Source: Bacteroidota bacterium (GTDB lineage: Bacteria > Bacteroidota > Bacteroidia > UBA8524). From it: a stretch of 64,000 nt of DNA. Location: NCBI GenBank assembly GCA_006226545.1, contig SBGR01000010.1:22237-86236 (forward strand), given 5' to 3'. This document shows, piece by piece, positions 48,000-56,832 of the stretch. Positions within the stretch are counted from its first letter, which is position 1. The number at the start of each line of letters is the position of its first letter. The translations under genes were made by a program, and so were the position numbers. The notes under the pieces are model-generated. The model saw nothing but the letters and a program-made list of their open reading frames with translations. It did not search any database and was not told where the DNA came from.

Positions 48000-48852
48000 G
48001 TGCGGCTTCTTTCTTTGCCTTGTATTGAACAGCCAAAGCATTGCCAACGGCGCCGGCAATAACCAAAAACATTCCTGCTATACTGAGCCAATTGTAGGTT
48101 TCGCTAAACAAGAAGTAGCCAAAGCCTAAGGCGTAGAAGATGCCGAAATATTGAAAGATAGCTACTCCCGCCAAATTGGAATGCTGAAAGGCACGGGTCA
48201 TAAATACCTGTCCGTATTGCGTGGTAATTCCAATCCCAATCAGAATTAACCATTCGAGCATGTCTTTGGGCCATATCCAAGTGTTAATGGCCGGAATAAG
48301 TACCAATGGAAGCGTAACCAAGGGAAAATAAAAGACCACCACATTTGGATCGTCGTTTTTTCCAATCTTCCGAATCATATTGTAAGCTGCACCGGAAGCC
48401 ACCGCACTGCCAATGCCCGCCAATAAGATGAGTAGTTCAATGCGGGCATCAAATCCACGAATCACCAATACGCCGGCAAAAGCCAAGGCATAAAAGAGCC
48501 ACGTAAACCACGACATTTTCTGTTTGTTGATGAAAATAGCCAATACGGCTGTGAAGACTGGCGATAAATACTGGATGCTCACAGCAGCGGCTAGAGGCAT
48601 GTGTTTAAGCGTGAGGTAATACAAGGTCAAGCCAATAAAACCGAAGACACCCCTGAGAATCAGATGTTTTTTATCGTTTCCAAAAGGATTGAGTCCGTGT
48701 TTCTTTATTACAGCATAAGAAATCAATAAAGTAACCAGCGCTCTGAAAAAGATCAATTGGAAGACGCTGTAATTGTCGGCGTAACGCACCAAAACATTCA
48801 TCAATGCTAGAAAAAAGCCTGAAAGCAGAATGTTTGAAATCGCCTTATTCAT
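47983..48852 (-). CDS. DMT/EamA family transporter
   Basis: About 10 TM helices in two EamA halves. Confidence 0.88.
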   Translation of the reverse strand: MNKAISNILLSGFFLALMNVLVRYADNYSVFQLIFFRALVTLLISYAVIKKHGLNPFGNDKKHLILRGVFGFIGLTLYYLTLKHMPLAAAVSIQYLSPVFTAVLAIFINKQKMSWFTWLFYALAFAGVLVIRGFDARIELLILLAGIGSAVASGAAYNMIRKIGKNDDPNVVVFYFPLVTLPLVLIPAINTWIWPKDMLEWLILIGIGITTQYGQVFMTRAFQHSNLAGVAIFQYFGIFYALGFGYFLFSETYNWLSIAGMFLVIAGAVGNALAVQYKAKKEAALNAKA

Positions 48853-48877
48853 CGCGCAAATGTACAGGTTCTTGTCC

Positions 48878-48982
48878 TTAACACAATTTGCTTCGCGCTT
48901 GACACAATCGGCCCGGAGTGCGAATTCTGTTAAAGAATGTTCCGTTTTTGTTAAAGTGTCGGGTTTGGCTGTTTCAGATTTG
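48878..48982 (+). promoter_or_regulatory. Four-box operator plus degenerate -7, copy A
   Basis: TTAACAC 48878, TTGACAC 48899, TGTTAAAG 48928, TGTTAAAG 48949, CAGATTTG 48975. Confidence 0.7.
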
Positions 48983-49052
48983 TGGCATCAAATCGATGAC
49001 AGTTATGAAAACCTTATTTACTGCTTTCGCTCACGATACTAGAACCAAAAAA

Positions 49053-50621
49053 ATGAAAAGACTAATCAACCTAAGCTTAGTAGCCTTGTTAAGCACAGGC
49101 TCGCTTTCAGCACAAAAATTACCGGGTACGGCAGACAGTACCTTCAATGGAAATGGCTATGGCCTTTATCGCTTCGGCGACAAACATGCACAATTGGGCA
49201 GTGGCTATATTGACCAGAATGGCAAACTTGTAATCATTGGTGGATCCATCAATGCACAGAACAAATGGGATGTGGGCTTAACCCGCTTAAATATGAATGG
49301 AAGCGAAGACATGTCCTTCCGTAACAATGTGGGACCTTCTCATATCGACTTCAACAACGGTGAAAATGATGGTGTTTCGAATATTGCGGCGACCAAAGAT
49401 GGTGGCGCTATAGGTGTTGGAACATTTACCGGACAAAACGGTACCGATATAATGGTAGTGAAATTTGATGCTACCGGAACTGTACAGCTAAACTTTGCAA
49501 CAAACGGATACCTTACCCATGAAGTAGATCCGGGTTACGAAAAAGTGACCCACGTTTTGGAAGACAAAAATGGCAAGTTTGTGCTTTTAGGCGATTTGCC
49601 TTTTTCGCTCAAAAAAATGTTTGTAATGCGATTGAACTCCAACGGTACAATCGATAGCAGCTTCAGCGGGGACGGTATCATGTACCTCGACCCAATGGAT
49701 TTATCCAATACACCGGCGGCACTTTTGGAAAGACCTCAAGGTGGTTACTATGTGGTTTCAAGAACTTCAGGAAATGGAGCTACCTATGTAAGTGTTACTT
49801 CGGTTTCCAATAATGGTAATATCAATATCGACTTAGGCGGACCGGGTGAAGTAAGCTTGAAAGTAAATGGAAATGATGCTTCGCCAATTGATGCGGTTTA
49901 CCACAACGGTTCAATCTTCATCTGTGGCACTTATCCAAGTGCCCAAGGCAATGACGACGGCTTTTTGGCTCGTTTGGAAAAAGACGGAACATGGAATACG
50001 ACATTCGCAGGAACCGGCTTTGCTCGCATCGTTCACAACCTAGCTAACCCATACGATGAAGAAGTATTGAGTATGTGTATAGCTCCTGATAGCTCTATTT
50101 TTATCTCTACCATCGCTCATACACCAGACACGTTAACCTTGATGTTATCCCGTTACAAAACGGATGGTAATGTGGAAGGATTATTTGGTAATCAGAATGG
50201 TCGTCACCACGAGTATGCAATCGCCGACACGGTTTCTCAATTTGGCTTATATGATTTGGTATTGGATACCGGCTCTCAACGCCTTTATGTTTTGGGTAGC
50301 CAATCTAACCCAAGTCAAAGTGGATTTTTTGTATACGCTACGTATACCGGTGAATTTGAAAAAGCCTCAGGTGGCGGAACCGGCATCTACACTAAAACTG
50401 AACAAGTTCGTGTATTTCCAAACCCGGCTGGCCAATGGTTGCAGCTTGACTTGAGCGATGATCAGCCTGTTGCAGTTAAAATCTACGATGTTCAAGGTCG
50501 CGAAGTGCTGCAGTCTAATTCAGCTCGCCTGAATACCTCTGCACTACAAAACGGTATTTACTACCTCCGCGCAGAACAAGCCGGCAAATTATTCAATGCC
50601 AAAATTCAAATCCTGAACTAA
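49053..50621 (+). CDS. T9SS-secreted delta-60-repeat beta-propeller protein, paralog 1
   Basis: Signal peptide MKRLIN; repeated RLxxxGxxDxxFxxxG; VFPNP CTD. Confidence 0.85.
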   Translation: MKRLINLSLVALLSTGSLSAQKLPGTADSTFNGNGYGLYRFGDKHAQLGSGYIDQNGKLVIIGGSINAQNKWDVGLTRLNMNGSEDMSFRNNVGPSHIDFNNGENDGVSNIAATKDGGAIGVGTFTGQNGTDIMVVKFDATGTVQLNFATNGYLTHEVDPGYEKVTHVLEDKNGKFVLLGDLPFSLKKMFVMRLNSNGTIDSSFSGDGIMYLDPMDLSNTPAALLERPQGGYYVVSRTSGNGATYVSVTSVSNNGNINIDLGGPGEVSLKVNGNDASPIDAVYHNGSIFICGTYPSAQGNDDGFLARLEKDGTWNTTFAGTGFARIVHNLANPYDEEVLSMCIAPDSSIFISTIAHTPDTLTLMLSRYKTDGNVEGLFGNQNGRHHEYAIADTVSQFGLYDLVLDTGSQRLYVLGSQSNPSQSGFFVYATYTGEFEKASGGGTGIYTKTEQVRVFPNPAGQWLQLDLSDDQPVAVKIYDVQGREVLQSNSARLNTSALQNGIYYLRAEQAGKLFNAKIQILN

Positions 50622-52192
50622 TGACAGTTATAAATAAAATTGTAGCCTGCTTTGGAGTTGCCCTTTTGGGTGTGCTCCAAGTACAGGCACAGATGTACGG
50701 GGCGGCAGATAGCGCCTTTGGTACCAACGGAATGAAATCCGTTGACTTTGGAAGTAAAACTGACCAGTGCAGAAGTTCGGTGCTCGATAACCAAGGCCGT
50801 ATTTGGCTTGGCGGTTATACCGAAGGAAACGTTTCCATCAACTCCAGCTTCACTCGCTTAGACACACTGGGTGGATTGACACCCGGTTTTAAAGACAACG
50901 GAATCGGAGTTTTGGATTTTGATCCAAACGGCAATGAAGGGGTCTTCTGCATGGCCGTTGACCAAAGCAATCGCGTTTACGGTGTGTCTTTGATTGATGG
51001 AGCTGTGAGTGGAGATGTTCTCGTATTCCGCATGAACCTTGAAGGTGTTTTGGATACCAATTTTGGTAAAAACGGATACCTTACTCACGAGGTGAGTTCA
51101 GCGGATGATTTTCCTCATTCCATGCTGATTGACGAGAATAACCGTCCGGTTATTATGGGATATTCTGAATTGGCTACAGACGATTTGTTTGTGCTTCGGT
51201 TATTGGAAAATGGCGATCGCGATAGCAGTTTTTCTGCGGATGGAGTTGCCTTTTTTGATCCTTTGAACTTGGATAACTCCCCTGCAGGTATAGCGATTCG
51301 TCCTACCGCCATGGGAGGTGGTTATTATATCGGTTCTTATCAAAACCAAGGCGGTTCAAAGGTGGCCAGCATTACCAGTGTTTCAAAAAACGGTAACCTG
51401 AACATTGATTTGGGTGGACCGGGTATGGCTCATTTCAGAAAATCAGGATGGAGCACAACGTCACAAGATATAGTGATGATTGGCAGTCACCTATACATTG
51501 GTGGTACCTATAGAGGAAGTAATGACAACCAAGATGCCTTTATCTCATGCATAGGCTTGGATGGCAAATTGAATGTAGACTATGGAGATAGCGGTTCTGT
51601 CGTTATCATCAATACACCGGCAAACTTAGATCATGAGGCATTCTATAAATTGAAAGTTGCAAGTGATAGCTCAATTTATGCGGCTGGTATTGCTCAAATC
51701 AATGGTGATTACCTTATTCTTACTGCGCACATAGACCCATCAGGCAGCAAAGTAGGATTGTTTGGAAATAAGGGTGGTTTTCATATCACCGCCTTGCTAA
51801 ATGGATCTACAAGCTTTAGCGTTACCGGAATGGCCATCGACGATGTACGAGGAAGGTTATTTGTTACCGGTGCATTTGAAATCAATTCTGAAATTGATGC
51901 CTATGCCTATGCTTTTAAAACGAAGGCTACCACGCCGGCCGGTCCTAATGCCGTTCAGATGCTTGTCAAACGATTGACTGTGTATCCAAACCCAAGCAGA
52001 GGTTCGGTGAATTTACCTGAAATGGAACACGGTGAACTTGGTGTTTACGCTTCAAATGGCCAATACATGGGAATGTTTGAAATTGAAAATGGACAAGTTT
52101 CATTGCCTTCTTCACTGAGAAGTGGTGTATATTTTCTGCGTGTGACAGATGGAAATACTGTCTATACAGCTAAATTGAACCTGATTAAATAG
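50621..52192 (+). CDS. T9SS-secreted delta-60-repeat beta-propeller protein, paralog 2
   Basis: Same repeats; shares YLTHEV and NIDLGGPG with paralog 1; VYPNP CTD. Confidence 0.85.
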   Translation: MTVINKIVACFGVALLGVLQVQAQMYGAADSAFGTNGMKSVDFGSKTDQCRSSVLDNQGRIWLGGYTEGNVSINSSFTRLDTLGGLTPGFKDNGIGVLDFDPNGNEGVFCMAVDQSNRVYGVSLIDGAVSGDVLVFRMNLEGVLDTNFGKNGYLTHEVSSADDFPHSMLIDENNRPVIMGYSELATDDLFVLRLLENGDRDSSFSADGVAFFDPLNLDNSPAGIAIRPTAMGGGYYIGSYQNQGGSKVASITSVSKNGNLNIDLGGPGMAHFRKSGWSTTSQDIVMIGSHLYIGGTYRGSNDNQDAFISCIGLDGKLNVDYGDSGSVVIINTPANLDHEAFYKLKVASDSSIYAAGIAQINGDYLILTAHIDPSGSKVGLFGNKGGFHITALLNGSTSFSVTGMAIDDVRGRLFVTGAFEINSEIDAYAYAFKTKATTPAGPNAVQMLVKRLTVYPNPSRGSVNLPEMEHGELGVYASNGQYMGMFEIENGQVSLPSSLRSGVYFLRVTDGNTVYTAKLNLIK

Positions 52193-52197
52193 AATAC

Positions 52198-54786
52198 ATG
52201 TCGTTCATCGTTCTAGAATACTTAAAGAAATCCGTAAGACCCGGAGGAACGCCTACCCGCTTGAAAGAGTGGGCAGGCTTCATTCTCTGGACGCAGGCTT
52301 TAGTGCTTTATCTCGCTAATGCCATAGCAGACCCCATGTCGATTGACATGGGCCTGGTAGTGAGCGTAACGGTATTGGTTTGGCTATTCTGGTTCACGTT
52401 AAATCCGAGGCTGCAGGTTCCGATGCTGCAGCTGCTTATTTATTTCGGACTTTTTATTCAGGTGCTGGCGGTGTATCGCACAGACGCCGATATATCAGGT
52501 ACCATTTACTTTATGGTGTGGTCTTCGGTGGCATTGTTGGCTGAACGCAGGGAGTACACCAATTTTGCCGCCGGGCTGAGCACCATGATGCTGGTCTTTT
52601 TTGGATTGGCCTGGTCTGTCTACCAAGCAGACGATCATTATATTTCGGGTGCAACTTCTATCGCTACCTTTATTAGTGGGAGTGTGATTGCACTCATGAA
52701 CTTTTACCTCCTTTTGGTAGATTACCGGGGAGGCTTGCTCAAGATTGAAAACCTCCGAGAACAATTTGAGCGATTGGAGAAGATATCGGAATCGATGTCG
52801 GAAATCTTAAGTAAAAAAGAACCTGTTTCTCTTTTGCTCTGGCACGTGGCCCAGCGTTGCATGCCGCTCATGGAGCTGGATGATTTTGTGATTTACCTCT
52901 ACGATGAAAGCAGCGGAACACTCAAACAAGTAGCAGCCTATGGAATCAAATCCGAAGGTCGGGAAATACAAAACCCCTTGGAGATTAAACCGGGAGAGGG
53001 TGTAGTTGGACGCTGTTATGCTGAAGGCAGAACCATACGGGTGATGGATACCAAGGAGATAGACTTCTACTTGGTGGATGTAGAGAATCACCGTTCTGAA
53101 TTGGCGGTTCCAATTTTCAGTGGCGATAAGGTGGTGGGTGTGCTGGATTCAGAAAGCGCAGAGCCGGGTTTTTACAAGCTGCATCACATGCGGTTTTTTG
53201 AAATCATTGCTAGTTTCTGTGGCATCAAAATCACGGATGAACAGGCGCAATCGCAAATACACGAGGCAGAATTAGCCAAACAGTTGGCGGAGCAATTCAA
53301 AGAGTTGGATGAGTTAAAGAATCGCTTTATCTCCAATATCTCGCACGATTTAAAAACGCCTTTGTCTTTAATCAAAGGTCCGGCCCAGCAGATTCAAAAG
53401 ACCAGTCAGGAAGAGGAGACCCTTAAGCATGCTGCCTATATTCAAAAGAATACAGAACACCTTTTACACATGGTGGAGCAGCTTCTGCAGCTTCAGCGCT
53501 TGGATCATGGTTTGAAGCACCTTTACCCGGAACGCTTCCAACTTTGCGATATCATTCAACCATTGGTGGAGCAGTTTGAATCGCTTATTGAGCGAAAGAA
53601 AATCCACCTCGAAGTGAAGCGTTGCGAGGTCATCATGTTTACTGATCGCTTTAAGTTGCAGCAGTGCGTTCACAACCTTTTGCAAAATGCCTTTAAGTAT
53701 ACGCCTGATGGCGGCTCAGTAGGAATTAAGATTTTCCGCAAACCTGACGATGGCGATTTGTTTATTGAAGTTTGCGATAGCGGACCGGGCATTTCCCAAG
53801 AACACCACAGAAAGATTTTTGATCGCTTCTATAAAACCGATGTCAACAACCACGAGGGAACGGGTATCGGGTTATCCTTGGTGAAAGAATACATGGAAAT
53901 GATCGGTGGAACGGTAGACTATTCTGCCAGTCCTTATGGCGGCGCTTGTTTTACACTGAAGTTAGATCGTAAGCTTTTGGAAAATGTAGATACCGAAACC
54001 CAACCAACAACAGGTTTACTCGATACGGAGAATCCGGTGGTTTTGGTGGTGGAAGATCATCCTGAATTAAATGAATTTATAGCGAGCAGCTTACGTTCTC
54101 AGTACCAGGTTATTCAGGCGTTTGACGGACAAGAGGCTTGGAAGAAAGTGCAAGAAGATATGCCGGATCTGGTATTGGCCGATTTGATGTTGCCGCATAT
54201 GCAAGGGGAGGAATTGCTTCGCCGAATCAAAGAAGACGATAACCTAGCGCATATTCCGGTGGTGATTTTAAGTTCGAAAAGTAAGGTTCCGGATAAAGTG
54301 GAGCTCTACGGTTTGGGTGCGGAGAATTACCTGGTGAAGCCGTTTGATGCGGATGAACTTTTAGCCGTTATCAAAAATTGCTTCGAGCGAAGAAAACAAC
54401 TGCAGCAATTGCTTTCGGATAAAGGCATTGTGTTAAAAAAGCAGCATAACCTGAGTCCGGAAAACGAATGGATGAATGAGTTGATGCAATTGATTCGAGA
54501 GAATTTGGATAGCCCTGAACTAAGCGGTGCATTCATTGGAGAATCGTTGGGCATGGGCCGAAATCGCTTGCAAAGGGAATTAAAAGCGGCTACCGGATTA
54601 TCGCCAGCGGAGTTTATTCGTTTTGTGCGCTTGGAAGAAGCCAAAAACTTGCTTGAGAATTCTAAGCTGACGGTTTCTGAGGTGGCCTATTCTGTGGGCT
54701 TCAATAATTTGAGTTATTTCACCCGGTCTTTTAAAACACAGTACGATGTTCTTCCATCGGAAGTGAACAGAGCGGCAGAAGTTTAA
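52198..54786 (+). CDS. Hybrid two-component regulator (multi-TM, GAF, HisKA, HATPase, REC, AraC HTH)
   Basis: GEGVVG..SELAVPI..GVLD GAF; SHDLKTPL; DSGPG; LADLMLP; SEVAYSVGFNNLSYFTRSFK. Confidence 0.92.
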   Translation: MSFIVLEYLKKSVRPGGTPTRLKEWAGFILWTQALVLYLANAIADPMSIDMGLVVSVTVLVWLFWFTLNPRLQVPMLQLLIYFGLFIQVLAVYRTDADISGTIYFMVWSSVALLAERREYTNFAAGLSTMMLVFFGLAWSVYQADDHYISGATSIATFISGSVIALMNFYLLLVDYRGGLLKIENLREQFERLEKISESMSEILSKKEPVSLLLWHVAQRCMPLMELDDFVIYLYDESSGTLKQVAAYGIKSEGREIQNPLEIKPGEGVVGRCYAEGRTIRVMDTKEIDFYLVDVENHRSELAVPIFSGDKVVGVLDSESAEPGFYKLHHMRFFEIIASFCGIKITDEQAQSQIHEAELAKQLAEQFKELDELKNRFISNISHDLKTPLSLIKGPAQQIQKTSQEEETLKHAAYIQKNTEHLLHMVEQLLQLQRLDHGLKHLYPERFQLCDIIQPLVEQFESLIERKKIHLEVKRCEVIMFTDRFKLQQCVHNLLQNAFKYTPDGGSVGIKIFRKPDDGDLFIEVCDSGPGISQEHHRKIFDRFYKTDVNNHEGTGIGLSLVKEYMEMIGGTVDYSASPYGGACFTLKLDRKLLENVDTETQPTTGLLDTENPVVLVVEDHPELNEFIASSLRSQYQVIQAFDGQEAWKKVQEDMPDLVLADLMLPHMQGEELLRRIKEDDNLAHIPVVILSSKSKVPDKVELYGLGAENYLVKPFDADELLAVIKNCFERRKQLQQLLSDKGIVLKKQHNLSPENEWMNELMQLIRENLDSPELSGAFIGESLGMGRNRLQRELKAATGLSPAEFIRFVRLEEAKNLLENSKLTVSEVAYSVGFNNLSYFTRSFKTQYDVLPSEVNRAAEV

Positions 54787-54805
54787 TCGGTATTTCTAAG
54801 TTGAT

Positions 54806-54841
54806 AAAGCATCACGTGACTATTGGTCGGTGGTGCTTTTT
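54806..54841 (+). terminator. Probable terminator after the hybrid regulator
   Basis: AAAGCATCAC...GTGGTGCTTTTT. Confidence 0.6.
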
Positions 54842-54951
54842 GTGTTATTAGCGATAAGCGTAAGTTTTGTTTTGTGCTAAAGGAGTGAGGTAGCTCATGC
54901 TGTAGTTTTACCTTGGCTTTTACTTGTTTTGAGCCTGCAATAGAAGCTGCG

Positions 54952-55057
54952 TTAACACTGGATAATCAAGGTTTGACACAAATTGCACTGGGGGTGAAAT
55001 TGTGTTATTCAATGCTTCAAATGTGTTAAAGGATTGAGTAGAATGTTTTCAGTTTTG
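54952..55057 (+). promoter_or_regulatory. Four-box operator plus degenerate -7, copy B
   Basis: TTAACAC 54952, TTGACAC 54973, TGTTATT 55003, TGTTAAAG 55024, CAGTTTTG 55050. Confidence 0.7.
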
Positions 55058-55082
55058 CATCAGTTTATTTGACAGAACTACT

Positions 55083-56630
55083 ATGAAAAAAACAATCCTA
55101 TTCTCACTGGCCATGGCAGCCAGTTTGGTATCTGGGGCTCAGAAGCTGGGCACCATCGATTCAACTTTTGGTACAAACGGCCGCACTGTAAAAGACGTTA
55201 CCGGATCAGCTTACAATGAAACCATCACCGGTTCTGCTGTTGGTCCGAATGGCGACATTTATGTATGCGGCTACACCACTACCAATGTAGGAGCCGACTT
55301 ATTTGTGGCGCATTACGATGCAAACGGACAGCTTGATGCCAACTTTGGTAATAGCGGTATTTTTATTTCTGACCTGAGTTTGGGTGGCGATGACTTTGCC
55401 GGAGCGGTTTTGAGAAAGGCCAATGGTAAACTTATGGTGACTGGGTCTACAGCGGGCAATGCTTACCGTGAACCCATGCTTATTCAATTAAATAGCAATG
55501 GTTCTTTTGACGCCAGTTTCGGAACCAATGGTGTGGTGAAATACGATTTAGGTATTGCCGCTACTTCAGGGTTTATTGTAGAACGTGCCGATGGAAAAAT
55601 CGTGATGGGCGGTACTTTTAACAATGGAAGCGACCATGATTTCTATGCACTAACTGTACACCCGGATGGTAGCAGAGCCACAGGCTTTGGAAACAATGGA
55701 TTTCAGAATTACGGCTTTGCAGGAAAAGATGAGTCTTTGGTAGCCATGCTAACCGATGCTAATAACCGCGTACTCCTCGGTGGAAGTTACAAGGATCAAT
55801 TCACGGATAAAATTTCCATGATCATGATTGATTCAACCGGTAATGGGGCCTCAGGCTTTGGTTTGAATGGTTGGGTGATGGTTCAAGAAGGATCTTACTT
55901 TACCTATTTGAGCGATTTGAAATTTGATGCCTCCGGAAATATTGTTGGAGCAGGTTGGGTAAAGGGAGGCATTAACAATGACGTTTTTATCTTTAGATTA
56001 TTGCCTAGTGGTTTATTCGATAAGAACTTTGATTCTGATGGAAAGCGTCAGTTTGGGTTGAAAATTGGAAATCCGGCCAACGAATACTTGTATTCAATAA
56101 ACATTCAAAACGACGGTAAAATCGTGGCGTATGGTTATTATTTAGAGAACAGTATTAAATACGGTTTGGTTATTCGATTCAAGTCGGATGGATCATCTGA
56201 TCAGGGTTTTGGTGGGCCTTACGGTTACAATTTGATTCCGCATGCCGATTTCAATAATACCCTTTCGGGAAATATCATTGTTCGTCCTTCCAATGAACGT
56301 ATAATTATGGTAGGTCGCACAAAGGTGAATTCAGATTACGATATGATGTTGGTGGCCATACACGGCACTGAGCCATTCCCGGCAAGCGTTAAAAGCAATG
56401 TGAATCAATCGCTAAAGCTATATCCGAATCCGGCACATGAACAATTTGCTGTAGAGGCAGATTGGACAGAAGGTACCTTGGTTTTAATGGATTTGAACGG
56501 CAAGGTGATCTCCAGCTGGAATGAGAAATTGCAGACGTATTCCATCCCTGCAAACTTGAAACAAGGGGTTTATGTAGTCAGACTGCAAACAGCGACTGCA
56601 ACGTTCACTTCGAAAATGATTATCAACTAA
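55083..56630 (+). CDS. T9SS-secreted delta-60-repeat beta-propeller protein, paralog 3
   Basis: Signal peptide; GxxDxxFGxxG repeats; QNDGKIV; LYPNP CTD. Confidence 0.88.
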   Translation: MKKTILFSLAMAASLVSGAQKLGTIDSTFGTNGRTVKDVTGSAYNETITGSAVGPNGDIYVCGYTTTNVGADLFVAHYDANGQLDANFGNSGIFISDLSLGGDDFAGAVLRKANGKLMVTGSTAGNAYREPMLIQLNSNGSFDASFGTNGVVKYDLGIAATSGFIVERADGKIVMGGTFNNGSDHDFYALTVHPDGSRATGFGNNGFQNYGFAGKDESLVAMLTDANNRVLLGGSYKDQFTDKISMIMIDSTGNGASGFGLNGWVMVQEGSYFTYLSDLKFDASGNIVGAGWVKGGINNDVFIFRLLPSGLFDKNFDSDGKRQFGLKIGNPANEYLYSINIQNDGKIVAYGYYLENSIKYGLVIRFKSDGSSDQGFGGPYGYNLIPHADFNNTLSGNIIVRPSNERIIMVGRTKVNSDYDMMLVAIHGTEPFPASVKSNVNQSLKLYPNPAHEQFAVEADWTEGTLVLMDLNGKVISSWNEKLQTYSIPANLKQGVYVVRLQTATATFTSKMIIN

Positions 56631-56656
56631 AAATATAGTACATAGAAATAAAATTT

Positions 56657-56686
56657 AAGCCTGTCCTCAATAGGGGGCAGGCTTTT
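56657..56686 (+). terminator. Intrinsic terminator
   Basis: AAGCCTGTCCTC-AATA-GGGGGCAGGCTTTT. Confidence 0.8.
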
Positions 56687-56832
56687 CTATTGGACCAATG
56701 TTAAGGGATGCCGAGTGGTAACTTTTGTTCGACGAATTTCTCAGTAGGTGGTAAGTAATTAGTTAACAATTCCATTAATATTGTGGTAGACGTCTAGCCT
56801 CAAATTGGACTATTCGTGAAAACCAAACTTTT

